64,000 bases of DNA from Octopus vulgaris (lineage: Eukaryota), in NCBI GenBank assembly GCA_951406725.2, contig OX597820.1, forward strand, positions 16,864,001 through 16,928,000, written 5' to 3'. Of the stretch, positions 26,854 through 40,654 are shown piece after piece (position 1 is the first letter of the stretch; each line of letters starts with the position of its first letter). The notes under the pieces are model-generated. The model did no database searches, was not told the origin of the DNA, and worked only from the letters and a program-made list of their open reading frames with translations. The translations under genes were made by a program, and so were the position numbers.

Positions 26854-27617
26854 AAGAGACGGAGGAAAGTCCAATAGAAAAGGAAGACGAAGGAAAAAAA
26901 AATCGCGAACGATACACTTGTGATTACGTGTTTCACACAGTTTCCGCCTACCAAAATTACTCACAAGGCGTTGGTCGGTTTGGATCAGTAGCAGAAGACA
27001 CTTGGCCAGGTGCCGTGCAGTGAGACTGAAACAAAAACAAAAAAGAAAGAAAAAGAAAGCGCGTTGTTACAAAGCAAGCATCTTACCAGTACAGCCATAT
27101 CAGTGGATCTAAAAGCAATACACAAAACACCCTCCACAAAACAAAAAGATTATAATAACGCTAAATGCCCGATATTTTTCCCCCAATTCAGCAGCTCTCC
27201 CAGAGAACCAATTTCGTCTATAATCTTTTAAACACATCAGTGTTGTTTTAGTATTAAATACTTATTATGTAATTAAGTGTATGAAGTACTCAACACTGTA
27301 AAGATTCGCCGGCTGTGTTCGTTTCTCCAATAAAATAACCATTATGCTTATTACTGCGTTTTCAACCAATTATTTACCATTATGTTAAACGATGTTATTT
27401 ATCGACTCCAATTAATGTCAATCCATTAATATTGTCTGGTATTTCAATACTATTGTGCAGTTCCGTTCGTTATCAGAGTAATTACGTGTTCACTTCTCTT
27501 GCATTTCATGTACATACATATATACATACATGCATGCATGCAAGCATACATACATACATATATACATACATACATACATACATATATACATACATATATA
27601 TATATATATATACACAC

Positions 27618-27671
<54 letters not shown>

Positions 27672-27672
<1 letters not shown>

Positions 27673-27912
27673 GAGGCGCGTGGTTTAGTGGCTAGGGTGT
27701 CAGCATCATGATCGTAAGATTGTGGTTTCGATTCTTGGACTGGGCGACGTGTTGTGTTCTTGAGCAAAACACTTCATTTTACGTTGCTACAGTCCAATCA
27801 GATGACAAAAATGAGTAACGCTGCGATGGACTGGCGTCCCCGTCCAGCTGGGGAACACATACGCCATAGAAACCGAGAAACCTGGCCCATGTGCCTGGCT
27901 TTAAAATGGCGC

Positions 27913-27915
<3 letters not shown>
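27672..27915 (+). mobile_element. tRNA-headed SINE related to family B
   Basis: GGAGGCGCGTGGTTTAGTGGCTAGGG..GGTTTCGATTC..TTGAGCAAAACACTT. Confidence 0.7.
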
Positions 27916-27952
<37 letters not shown>

Positions 27953-28049
27953 AGTATATATATATATTTACATTGGTTATGTTTAAAACGCCATCATATC
28001 AACCAAGAGGCAAAACTAAGTTCGTAGTTTGGAGAGTAACACATTGGAC

Positions 28050-29187
28050 ATACTGTGTACCATTGCCTCTCTCTCCTTCGTTCTCTCTCTCTCTCTCTAT
28101 CTCTCGTTCTCCCTCTCTCATTATCTCACACACACACACATGTGCGCGCTCACGCATTCACACACATATACATACAGGTACAATGTCGAATATTCCGGAA
28201 CCCTTGGTTCCAAAGCCAGTGCGGTTTATTTTGTATTATCCGAAAGAGTGGTGGTCACACTCTGAATTAAACAAATATTAAATTTCCTTAAATAATTAAA
28301 TGAGATATTGGTACCTGTACATTAGTATAAATGATACAAGTTCAGCAAAAACAACGGGAGCCTCCTCTATCCTGGGGAAATGTATTTAACCCATAGCTGT
28401 GACCCTGACGGGTTCTACCACTCCGGGCTGTGAAATTTTTTTCCCACGAGAGTTCCGGATCCCAGCAATAAACTCATTTGCATACAGCCAATGAGAGCTC
28501 ACCTTGACCTTGTTGTCAAGTTAACAAGCATACCCTACCAAGTAAACTCAAGATGAAGAAAGTGTTGTAAGTCAACCGTTCGCCAAGTTATGCCCGATTT
28601 TAGGAGACAAGTAATTAGATAGATTTGCATCTATGTCTATTATCGGATTTTGTTAGGGCCCCCCGTATGGTAAAGATGTGGATGGGAAAAATTTGGGTAG
28701 AGGGCGATGTGTTAGCAACCCTCTCTCCTTACTGTTTCACAAAGTAAATAACAACACAAATAACTACGCAGAGACAGCCATGGCTGGAACAAGAACAAGA
28801 AGCATTCTTAAAAGAGAAATGAAGCATGGCCATTCCTTACCCAAGTAACCTTATCTTATCATGCATCACTTGTTATGCGCTCATAAATTAGCTCTGATTG
28901 GCTGTATGCAAGCGAGTTCAAAATTGGGGTCCAGAACGCACGTGGGAAAAAAAATTCGCCTCCGGGCGAATGAAAAGTACTAGTATACTAGTCTGGCGGT
29001 CGAGGGAGTTTGAAGTTCCTGCTCGTAGATTAGGACGGATTATAGACTTACTGTGTACCTTGCCTCTCTCTCTCTCTCTCTCCCCCCTCTCTCTCTCTTT
29101 ATCTCCCACACACACGTGCGCGCTCACGCATTCACACACATATACATACAGGTACAATGCCAAATATTCCGGAACCCTTGATTCCAG
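28050..29187. repeat. ~150-bp direct repeats enclosing ~65-bp inverted repeats
   Basis: Direct: about 28050-28212 and 29049-29187; inverted: about 28434-28499 and 28890-28956. Confidence 0.75.
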
Positions 29188-29235
29188 TATCCAGAAATGT
29201 CAGTGCCATACGTGTGTATATATACAAATACACAC

Positions 29236-29368
<133 letters not shown>

Positions 29369-29482
29369 ATACTTCGGAATGGTCATTTTGCCAGTTTAGC
29401 CAATAAAATCACACGCACTATATATTTGGTGTTATTTTGCTTCAGTGTTATTTATTTTTTACATTAATCTTAATCTTATTTT

Positions 29483-29527
29483 GGCCAGAGTTCTTTCGTC
29501 ACACTCCTGTGACCGCATCAGTGGACC
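29483..29527 (-). ncRNA. Hammerhead variant, family H (A9>C plus one extra nucleotide)
   Basis: cca CUGAUGC g gucac aggagu gugac GAAA gaac UC ugg. Confidence 0.55.
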
Positions 29528-30002
29528 TTTGTTTTCTTCTTTCTTATTTGTGTCTCTCCTTACTAATCGTCAGCCATTTTGTATTTCTATTGTATGTCTT
29601 CATTTGCGCATGCTTATATCTCTATGTGCGTCCATGTTTATTTAGTGTGTGTGTGGAGGGGGGATGCCTGTAATATTTGTATCTTCTGTTTATATACGTT
29701 CATGTAATTTGTTTTTGTTGTTGTTGTTTTTGTTTATTCTTATTTTGTTCATGTGTTTACATCCACTTATTATTGTTATCATTACGTATGCTTGTATGTA
29801 TGTATGTATGTATAACAACAATACTAGTAATAATAATAATAGTAATAATAATAATAATAATAATAAATAAAAAAATCTTTTAAATTAAACCAAAAAAACT
29901 TATATAGTTATCTATTTCTATTTGTCTATTTTTCTGTGTATTTTATTTATTATGTTTTTGGTTTTGTTTATATTGTAACCAGCTTATGGGGATCCTCTAC
30001 CG

Positions 30003-30419
30003 TCATATGTTGTGGTGTGTGCTAGTGTTCCATTCCAGTTTCCTATTCAGGCTAGGTTTATCTTCTATTATGTTTGTAGCTTCTGTAATTTGTCTGATTG
30101 TTGCATCTGTTCTATGTGTGGACAATATTTTAATTTCTATGTTGTTGATTGATCCCTCGTGTTCCTGTTCGGCGTGTTGGTACAGAATCGATGAGCTTTT
30201 ACCATCCTTGAGTTCTCTCCAATTTTCATTTACCCGCTTTCCTATGCTTCTTGTCGTTTCCCCTACGTATGTCGTTGTCTTGTTATTGCATCGTCCCTCT
30301 ATACATCTTATACTATAGACTACATTTCTGGCTTTACAGTTTGTTTGTGGGCTAAATCTACATACAGTACAGTACTTATCTGTACAGGGGGTTCTACTAA
30401 ACTGGTGGTCGTTTCTGTC
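30003..30419 (-). pseudogene. Stop-free PLE GIY-YIG endonuclease frame with no start codon (absent from the ORF track)
   Basis: Manual translation: PCTDKYCTVC..NCKARNVVYSIRC..TYVGETTRSIGKRVNE..LYQHAEQEH..IRQITEATNIIEDKPSLNRKLEW. Confidence 0.85.
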
Positions 30420-30624
30420 TACGCATCCAAGTGCATTTAGAACATCTAATGCAGGGTTTCAAGCAACCACGATGGTGTCACGTGCGTAGGAACCAATACT
30501 GTAAACTCCTGTTTGTCTTAATTTCTTATATACATGCATACATGTGTATGTGTGCATGCAAAATGACCATTCCGAAGTATAACAATAAATGTTTCAACAC
30601 ACGACTTCGCATAAAAAATCTTGC

Positions 30625-30714
<90 letters not shown>

Positions 30715-30716
<2 letters not shown>

Positions 30717-31011
30717 AGGCGCAATGGCCTAGTGGTTAGGGCAGTGGACTCGCGGTCGCAGGATCGCGGTTTCGATTCCCAAACCGGGCGTTGTGAGTGT
30801 TTATTGAGCGAAAACACCTAAAAGCTCCACGAGGCTCCGGCAGGGGGTGGTGATCCCTGCTGTACTCTTTCACCACTCTTTCTCCCACTCTTTCTTCTGT
30901 TGGCCTGCTCGCTTAGCCAGTGGGGTGGCGTCATTCGAAGGCTAAAACAATGCGAACGCATTGTGACCAGCGATGTGTAACAACATCTGATGGTCTGGTC
31001 GGTCACGTGAT

Positions 31012-31018
<7 letters not shown>
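30715..31018 (+). mobile_element. SINE family B (tail type 1)
   Basis: A box TGGCCTAGTGG, B box GTTTCGATTCC; near-identical to 18065-18360. Confidence 0.9.
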
Positions 31019-31052
<34 letters not shown>

Positions 31053-31869
31053 CACGCATGCACACATACACATGTATGCATGTATATAAGAAATTAAGAC
31101 AAACAGGAGTTGTATTGGTTCCTACGCACGTGACACCATCATGGTTGCTTGAAACCCTGCATTAGATGTTCTAAATGCACTTGGATGCGTAGACAGAAAC
31201 GAACATCAGAGAACACTTTATTGCATTAAGCTACAAAGAATGTCGTGTCATTTTATAAATATTTTGATAAGGAAATAAGCAAAAGCACCTGGCATAGTAT
31301 TTGCCGCAGCACTGTGACCGAATGGCTAAATAATTCGCTTCGCAACCACAAGGATCTACGTTCGTTACCATTGCATGGCATCTTTTGCGAGTGTAATTTT
31401 CTATAGTCTCAAGTCGACGGAGACTATAGAACCCCGCCCGCTGGATTGTATTTCTAATTCGAGGTACAGCTTTGTCACACAATGTATCACGCTGATTGTA
31501 CGTGATGGCAACATGTGCCTTTAGGATTCTCGACTAGAGTTACCTTCAGGAGCAATTAAATTCTTACAGTTGATATTTCAAGAATAGTTACCTCTCAGTT
31601 AAATTCTTTATGAGACTAGTCATACAGTAAATGTATTCTTAACGTATCTGCTATCCACCTACAGATCTTGTCCAAACGAAACACTTACGCCGTAAAAACT
31701 TACAGACCATCACTGACTTGCGGACGATTGACGTGTTACGGTTTCCAGATCATATTTCTTCAGTACAGTGTCAATCATCTCCTTTTCCGATATACCACAG
31801 GGGTATCAAATGAAAAGGGGACATTACAAAGAGGAATTATACATAGTGCGGGAATTTTCTTAAACCCCA

Positions 31870-32096
31870 AAAACTTATATAGTTATTTATTTCTATTTGT
31901 TTATTTATCTGTGTATTTAATTTATTATGTTTTCGGTTTTGTTTATATTGTAACTAGTTTATGGGGTTCCTCTACCATCATATGTTGTGGTGTGTGCTAG
32001 TGTTCCATTCCAGTTTCCTATTCAGGCTAGGTTTATCTTCTATTATGTTTGTAGCTTCTGTAATTTGTCTGATTGTTGCATCTGTTCTATGTGTGG
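31870..32096 (-). mobile_element. Second fragment of the family H PLE (GIY-YIG C-terminus and start of UTR)
   Basis: Direct repeat of about 29895-30121. Confidence 0.85.
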
Positions 32097-32869
32097 AAAA
32101 AAGTAAGCTCAAAGGTATATATTGTATATATACATATACATTAATACACATATGGTTATTGTATATATACATATGCATTAATACACATATGGTTTTAGTT
32201 CTCTTGATATAAAAGGACTCCCAACTAGAGAAAACCACAGCTTCAAGATTAACTCTGACCACGAAAGGTAAGTGCTTTCTCTCAGCCGTTGTTCTCTGAC
32301 ATACAAGTGCAATGCTAAAAGTTGCTCCATCCACATTAACCATTCTCGCCACAAACACATTTGGCAAATTCACGGAAGGACACCGCTTCCCTCTTCAGCT
32401 CCCGTTAGGAATATGAGTCCTTGGATCATTTCGAAATGCTTGTCTTTACATAGAGTGTGGCTCAAAACCAGTACATGCACTTCGTTCTCTTCACATAAGG
32501 TTTCGCTCCCCTCGAATACTATGCATACCAATATCCAGCTTTGGTGGTACCCTCGGTATGATTACTTAAATGTTATTTGAGAATACGGGTGGTAAACCAC
32601 CTGTATTCTCAAATAAGTGGGGAAGAATGCAAAGTACTCGCTGCAGTAGGAGACTACTGAATATTGAACTGCGAAGCCTTTAGTATTAAATAGAACTTCA
32701 ACTCTACCAAGCTGTCATGATGTAGATACATGTTGAATGTCCTGTCATAGGTCGTGGAGGACCCTTAACTGGAACTTGAATAAAATCAGTGAAGACGTGC
32801 ATGAAGAAGACATACATAATATGTAGTTATCAGCGATGGACAAACGTTTTAGATTGATACAAATTGTTC

Positions 32870-33120
32870 ATTAGATTTAGACATGATCTACTGAACGATG
32901 TATCATATGAGGTTATGGTTGCTTTGTTTAAATCTCTCCGGCCTCGCACTTATATTTGAGACGCTGACAGCACTATCAGCAATAAATGTCAATCTCTTAG
33001 CGAGCACCGGAGCCAAAACTTTTAACTCTGCTCAGACATCGTATGGATCAGAAATTGTCTTTAACACACCACTCATCCGCCTTCATATCCTCCCGCATCG
33101 GAAGCAGTTGTACCATTTCT
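32870..33120 (-). pseudogene. Highly decayed L1/Tx1-like reverse transcriptase fragment
   Basis: ELKVLAPVLAKRLTF resembles the RT motif KILAKVLANRL; the remnant may extend further but is frameshifted. Confidence 0.4.
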
Positions 33121-33800
33121 CAGTTCAGCCCCGAGTCCTCTACCAGTTGCATGTCACAAAAAATTTAATGGAGATCATTATTTAGTACTGGACACTCTTG
33201 CAAAAACGAGCGTAGTGTCTGCTCTTTTGAGATCATGAAATGCCGTTTTTGCTTAAATTCACTGTAATTCGAAGCAAACCATCGAAGTGGGTATCAAACT
33301 TCCTCTATTCTGAGTCCGCTTCTCCTCTTCAACGTCCGCTTCTCCTCCAAAGTGATGCTAAGAAACCATACATATCTACCTTGAATTGAGTATCAAGCAT
33401 TCTCAACAAACCGCGAATATCAGATCGTGAAAGGGTTATCAAGTATTACTTATATTCGCTCATATTAGCTTCAATATATACCAACATAAAATTATGTACA
33501 TATGAATACACACACTCACACACACACATATATAAATATATCCATCTATCTATATATGCGTATATTATTGTGTACATACATGTATATATATATATATCCT
33601 ATATGTATGTATATAGATATCTGTGTGTATGTATATATACACACACACACATATATATACTTATTCATACATGCATATATATAGACACACATATATATAT
33701 ACATATATATATACATATATATATATGAATATATATATATACATATATATATACATATATATACATGCATATATATATATACACGCACATACACGCACTA

Positions 33801-33831
<31 letters not shown>

Positions 33832-35266
33832 CACATACATATATACGTATACACACACACACACATATATATATATACACGCACTCACACACGCTGAAAA
33901 CACATACGTATAATCAATGGTTAACTAAAATGGCTTCCAACCAAATGTCATCTAAGCAGTTCCTTCACTCCCCCTACCTCCCTTCTCCTCCCTCTATCCT
34001 TTCCTTTCTTTGTCTTACTTTTCATCTGTATGGATAATCTTTATCAACAATACCACTACGAACTAATATATAAGCATGCACAATAAAGAAAAGTACTCTA
34101 ATAGGTATGTTAAAGATATATATATCGTTATATTTATTCCCGAACTGAAAGAAAAGAAAAAAAAACAAACAACCCAGCCAAACCACATAAAGAACTAAAG
34201 AAAAAACAAAACAGGATCAAAACAAGCCAAGTCATGACCAGCTCATTTGCTTGCTATTTTCGTTAATCTTTGATAATCTTCTAGCAGCGAAAGAAGAAGA
34301 AGAAGAAATAGAAGAAAGACAGCAGCAAACAAAACACAATAAGGACAAATAGATCAAGAGAAAAATCGAAGAAAATGAAGCAGACAAATGAATATAGTTG
34401 AATCGATAAAAGTGATCAGGGTTATTTTTCCATTCGTCCCTTCAGTATTGTTTCAAGAACTGGTTTCTTTAATATGTTCTTCGTTGTTACTTTATGAACG
34501 TCTTTCGTTCAGATTCTGTGGGGATTACGTTGTTGCCCTGACTCAGATTAGTACAGTATATTTTGTATATTACACTGTCTTTAGATTTTTTTCTCAGTAT
34601 TTTTTTTTTTAGCTTATATTTGTTTTGTTTCGCTTTGGTTTATTTTTGTTTTGTTTCAACTATCCATGAAAGAACAGCGTACATACATCGATATAATCCG
34701 TTTTTTTTTTTTTTGATTACCAAGCGAACAATAAATGTGGAATAAGAAGGCGGCTGTCTTGACGGAAAACAACACGAGCAAACGAATGCAGAGAACGATT
34801 ACAAATAACGAAGGCAGACAGAGAGCTAGAAAGACATATAAACAACCAGATAGACAAAAAGATAGACGGATAGACAGCTAGATAGAAAGGCAGGCTGGTG
34901 GGTAGACAGACGTTTGACAGAACAAAAAGATTGATAAAACAGGAAGATAGACATGCAGCTATATTCTTTCAATGCTCGTGTACTCACTAATCCTCCTCCT
35001 CCTCCTCCTCCCCCTCGTCGTCATCGTCATCATCATCATCATCATCATTAGCAGCAGCAGCAACAGCATCATTGTCAGAGCTATCATCGTTGTGATTGCT
35101 ATTGGCATTATTATCGTGTTTTAAAAGAAATTATTGTTATTTTTATTATGTAAGGACAACGGCGTCTAGCATAAGTTTGCTTTTCAAACTGTAAACTATT
35201 TTCTCTTTATAAGAACTTTGTAAAATAATTTAATTTTAGCGTAGTTTACTTGCTTTGGGTTATGTC

Positions 35267-35307
35267 GTGCTGACGACTCTAAAGAAGGATGAAATGGCGC
35301 TATACAT
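35267..35307 (+). ncRNA. Degenerate type I hammerhead-like motif
   Basis: gug CUGACGA cucuaaagaaggau GAAA uggcgcua UA cau; near-palindromic stem III, weak stem II. Confidence 0.4.
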
Positions 35308-35373
35308 GGTTACCGACGACTGAAAATTTTAAGATCTTTGATATATGTATGTAGGAAAAGGAAATATTAAACA

Positions 35374-35593
35374 CTCTCTTTTAATCTCTTTTACTTGTTT
35401 CAGTCATTTGACTGTGGCCATGTTGGAGCACCGCCTTTAGTCGAGCAAATCGACCCCAGGACTTATTCTTTGTAAGCCTAGTACTTATTCTATCAGTCTC
35501 TTTTGCCGAACCGCTAAGTTTCGGGGACGTAAACACACCAGCATCGGTTGTCAAGCGATGTTGGGGGACAAACACAAACACACAAACATACAC

Positions 35594-35650
<57 letters not shown>

Positions 35651-35849
35651 TACACACACACACACACATATATATATACATATGTACGACGGGCTTCTTT
35701 CAGTTTCCGTCTACCAAATCCACTTACAAGGCTTTGGTCAGCCTGAGGCTATAGTAGAAGACACTTGCCCAAGGTGCCACGCAGTGGGGCTGAACCCGGA
35801 ACCATGTGGTTCGTAAGCAAGCTACTTACCACACAGCCACTCCTACGCC
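35374..35849 (-). mobile_element. SINE family A, full length; ~20 bp of the head duplicated at 35851-35868
   Basis: Complete match to 15657-16127 in reverse. Confidence 0.9.
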
Positions 35850-37040
35850 TTACCACACAGCCACTCCTATGTATGTTCTGTTCACCTTCTTTACTCTTGA
35901 TATGTACTTCAATCTTTCAAACGCGCCTCAACTTACTCTAGAAAGGATTGTCTCCTTTATGAAAGCAGATACCCAGGATTTCTCCACACCATATTCTTGT
36001 TGTCTATACAAAGTACTTTCAAATCTATAATTGTACCCTAAAGATGGAGGTGGACTTCCCGCTGCTTTTGGTTCCTGTCTGTTAAGGTTCACTCTTCATC
36101 TCTGGGATCGCCTTTCATTTTTATACCTTTGGATCTGCCAGTTTGGTCTTACCGCTGGTAGTCTATATTCTTTCCATTCTCTCGAGACGATGTGGGTGGT
36201 GGGGTTTCTGGTTGCTATTGCTGCTATGGCAGTGGGATGGGAGTGGTGGTCTGGTCGCTAGATTCTGAGACCGCGCACGAGATGGCTTACTCTACTATTT
36301 ATGGAACCGTAACCTGCGTGTAGTGCTACTTGGAGTAGGGTACGCCTGTCGTCCGTTTTCGGGATCGATAACGGGGTGGTTTTTCTGGACACTGTCAGAG
36401 TTGCAACAGGCTTACTATCGGCGATGTTGGAACAGCAGATTCCATGATCTACTGTTGCTGCTAGTGTCCATTGCTCCATTGCTCAACCTTAAAAAAATTT
36501 TTTTTTATCTCGTTCGAGCTACTCGGAGCAGAGAACTCTCAAGTGGCGTTGGCTTCTGCTTCCACCTGCGTAACAGCTGAGCTTCCTTTCCTGAATCATT
36601 ATTCTCGTAGCTGTTTCTTTCAAACACGCAACAAGCGAGAGATCTGCTATGATTCTGTAATTTTCAAGGAACGTTTGGGCTTATAAGTGTATTAAAATAT
36701 CAGGCAATCACATAATTTCTGGTAACAGCGGTCCTAACCATCTGTCTAATTTGTATCTCAAAGTTGTCGATGAACAAGAGATCAACCTCAGTGCCAGTAT
36801 GCTTATGATTCTTGTATTTCGCTGACCTAAGTTTTAAGGCATCAGTGTATAGGTGTGTGACATACCAATTCCTTATACGGCTTGGATCCATGCTTAGTTT
36901 TAAATTAAAAAGGCTAGTACACGATTCCAGGGCTCTTCCCTCTGGTGTAGACGAAATATCGATCCATATGTCAGCTACAGTTAGCTTCAGTTATTCCTCG
37001 ATGGCACGAGGAAATTTGCTCCGTTGTAAAGTATCCTTTG

Positions 37041-37409
37041 TGTGAAAAGTCTGGCTGCATACACGTTAGCATATTTCAGGTGCATACAATTGACAACACA
37101 GTTAATTAAGATTTATTCAGTGAGTTCTATTCAACACATGTTTACACGTGGAATTAGCAGAATCATTATTAACTTTGGCCGATAAAGTTGAACTGAAAAT
37201 CCCTACAACGAGGCATGAATTGCACGAAGCCGTCTTGTAGTCTTGGGAAGAGTTTTCTGAGCGGAAAATTCGTGGATGTATCCAACATCAAACTCGTGTT
37301 CGGCGTCAAATAGTTGACTGTCGTGGTGGTAACAGATTCGTGTAATAAATTTTGTGTTTATTTTTGTTTCATAATATATATTTTTTCGGATGCAGCCAGA
37401 CTTTTCACA
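37041..37409. mobile_element. MITE-like element with perfect 20-bp inverted ends
   Basis: TGTGAAAAGTCTGGCTGCAT / ATGCAGCCAGACTTTTCACA. Confidence 0.55.
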
Positions 37410-38269
37410 TATTTAATTTCGGGCATATAAGCATTTACGCTGGACTTCTACAACAAGTTCTTCGATTCTTCGTCTGTTACATGATTCTTTCAATTTTTGG
37501 TTTACCACGTATTACGTTCTTTCATATAAAACAGGATATATTAAAAATTTAGAAGTTTAAAAACAACATGCGATGTAGAGAAAACAAGTTATATAAAATT
37601 GCCTACATATGTAGGTGGTTTTCCATTTTCCTCTGTTGAATAAAAAAAAAATGTTTTTGGCTAAGATGCATTTGTTTTTGTCACAAAATGTTGCCTTGTC
37701 TTCTCGGCTTGTTTATTCATATTCAAGATATGTTCGTTCTTGCAAGCAAACGTGAAACTAATAGTTCGCTCACTGATTTCTTTATTTGGTTAAGAAAACA
37801 TTTGCGTGTGTGCATTGTTGTTGTTGTTGATGTTTAAAATGATAACAGTTATTATTATTATTATTATTATTAACATTATTATTGTTGCTGCTGCTGCTGT
37901 CGTTATTGTTAGTGGTGGTGGTGGTGGTGGTTGGTAGTGATCCTGGTGTTAGTGGAGTAGGGGAGGTGATGGTGGCGGTTGTAATAATAACACTGGTGTT
38001 CGCTTCCTGATCAATAACATCCGTGTTATATAAAATCACAGTTTTTCATCAAATCAATACCGAGCTAGATGTAACTCAAGAAAACAAAATGGTTTGTGCG
38101 TTCACCATATATTATTAGGTCCAAATGTCTTTGTTCACATTCACACGTGTGAGTGTGTGTGTGTGAGTGTGTGTATGTAGGTGCGCTTGTGTGGCGTTAT
38201 AATTTGCAATCATATGTTGAAGGAAACCCGTCGCTCCTACACATACGGTTACCTCTCTGTATATCTACT

Positions 38270-38642
38270 TCACACACACACACATATACATACGTACACA
38301 CACACGGTCACGCCACACTCACACATACGCACACACACACACACTCAAACACATACACACACATACTCAAACATACACATTACATACTCACGCCAAACAC
38401 ACACATACACACACGCACGCACAAACACACACATTACATACTCACGCCAACACACACACACACACACACGCAGACATGCACAAACACACACACGCACGCA
38501 CAAACACACACACGCACGCACAAACACACGCACGCACAAACACACACATACACACACGCACACTCAAACACACACATTACATACGCCAAACACACACGCA
38601 CACATACACTCACGCAGGCACAAACACACACACGCACACACA
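38270..38642. repeat. Degenerate (CA)-rich mini/microsatellite
   Basis: Direct reading. Confidence 0.9.
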
Positions 38643-38889
38643 ATTTACATATGAAGGGTCCTGAAAAATAATATCGCATTTCATATAACGAGTTAAAATC
38701 AGCATAAAACATCACAAATATATTCATTCATTCAAAATCTAATCGCCATCGTCAGCAATAATAATTTCCTATTTCGAAACAAAAGTTTTCTGATTCTCAG
38801 AGCAAAAAGTATCAGGTCGTTTAGAAGAGAAAGATGCTAGGAGTGTCGTTTCGACATCGTCCCGGCTTCTGAATATTTTTTCCACTGGT

Positions 38890-39280
38890 GTGTGGAAGCA
38901 CTCCGTCAGTTACGACGATGAGGGTTCCGGTTGATCCGAATCAAAGGAACAGCTTGCTCGTGAAATTAACGTGTAAGTGGCTGAGCACTCCACAGACACG
39001 TGCACCCTTAACGTAGTTCACGGGGATATTTAGCGTGACACAGAGAGTGACAAGGCCGGCCCCTTGAAATACAGGTACAACAGAAACAGGAAGTAAGAGT
39101 GAGAGAAAGTTGTGGTGAAAGAGTACAGCAAGGATCACCACCATACCCTGCTGGAGCCTCGTGGAGCTTTTTTAGGTGTTTTCCCTCAATAAACACTCAC
39201 AACGCCCGGTCTGGGAATCGAAACCGCGATCCTATGACCGCGAGTCCGCTGCCCTAACCACTGGGCCATTGCGCCTCCAC
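38890..39280 (-). mobile_element. SINE family B (tail type 2), full length with 11-bp TSD
   Basis: TTTCCACTGGT at 38879-38889 and 39281-39291; family B head. Confidence 0.9.
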
Positions 39281-39702
39281 TTTCCACTGGTAAAGTATCC
39301 AGTAAGAGAAAATATGACCGTACTAGAACTGATGAATGAGGAGGGTGTGGTAGGGCCCACCCAAGCCTGATGCATTTATCTTTTCTTGGGTTATGTTGTT
39401 GGCACGCTGATTTATTCTTGGAACATAGTTCATGAGTACCCTATTCCCTTCTTTTTACGCTTTCCCAATCTATTTCAGATGATCTTGCGCAATTAACCAA
39501 GATTTATTAAGCCTCTGAGATACGCCCCCGATATTTTGATATAGATTCTCTGAAATTCTCATTCCTCTCATATCCTTCATACGGTCACACCTGGAATACT
39601 GCCGCATCTTGTGGTTCCCCCACACTAAGCAAAATATTACGAGAATTGAGTCAACTCAGAGAACATGCACTAAAGAAGAAAAAAAATAAATATATAAAAA
39701 CA

Positions 39703-39865
39703 GGTGCAGGAGTGGCTGTGTGGTAAGTAGCTTGCTTACCAACCACATGGCTCCGGGTTCAGTCCCAGTGCGTGGCACCTTGGGCAAGTGTCTTCTACTA
39801 TAGCCTCGGGCCGACCAAAGCCTTGTGAGTGGATTTGGAAGACGGAAACTGAAAGAAGCCCGTCG

Positions 39866-39941
<76 letters not shown>

Positions 39942-40139
39942 CTTGTGTGTCTGTGTTTGTCCCCCCAACATCGCTTGACAACCGATGCTGGTGTGTTTAC
40001 GTCCTCGTCACTTAGCGGTTCGGCTAGAGAGACCGATAGAATAAGTACTAGGGTTACAAAGAATAAGTCCTGGGGTCGATTTTCTCGACTAAAGGCGGTG
40101 CTCCAACATGGCCGCAGTCAAATGACTGAAACAAATAAA
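39703..40139 (+). mobile_element. SINE family A, full length
   Basis: Matches 15657-16127. Confidence 0.9.
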
Positions 40140-40169
40140 TGGAAAATGCATGACTGAACTTTATTATTG

Positions 40170-40600
40170 GGACCACTTTTGAATCTTTGTTCTCTCCAAC
40201 GTCACCGACAGCGCTACATCATTTACACAATATGGAGAATATACTACCAGCATTGCCCAAACGACTTTAACATCATATTCTGAATTCATCCAAGGCTGTG
40301 GCCACGTTCTATACGCTCCCTAGACAATCCGGGCTCACAACACAGGAATTCACTGCAACACAATTTCTTTTGCTCAATTGGTCCTGCTGTATTTAACATT
40401 GTCCCAAAACAATTCAAAGAAGATAAAGATCCCATCTCCTTCAAACGAAACATGGACATTTCTTCAAGGGATACCCGATAAGCCACTCATACCTCGGTAC
40501 ATCCCAGTCAACAAATCCCTACTTGAATGGATCATGGTACAAACAAAACTTGACATAAAATACTTTACACATCCTATCAGGTGGTGCTATTAACTTAGAC
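40170..40600 (+). pseudogene. Decayed 3' end of a CR1/L2-group LINE ORF2
   Basis: NFFCSIGPAVFNIVPKQFKEDKDPISFKRNMD then FLQGIPDKP, resembling the post-RT C-terminus. Confidence 0.55.
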
Positions 40601-40654
40601 ATGGCCCTTAGTCGAAACATATTTCAGTTATATAAGTTCTTTAAGTTATCATTC

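Noticed and set aside
30715-30790. tRNA gene
   Set aside because: A and B boxes are present, but the sequence continues into a multi-copy body and tail, so it is a SINE head; the same holds for families A and C
31725-31770. CUGAAGA...GAAAccgUA on the minus strand
   Set aside because: Stems I and II do not pair; likely a chance match
35870-36700. GC-richer stretch as a host exon or LINE ORF1
   Set aside because: Only short ORFs and no motif I can recognise; a BLASTx search would be needed
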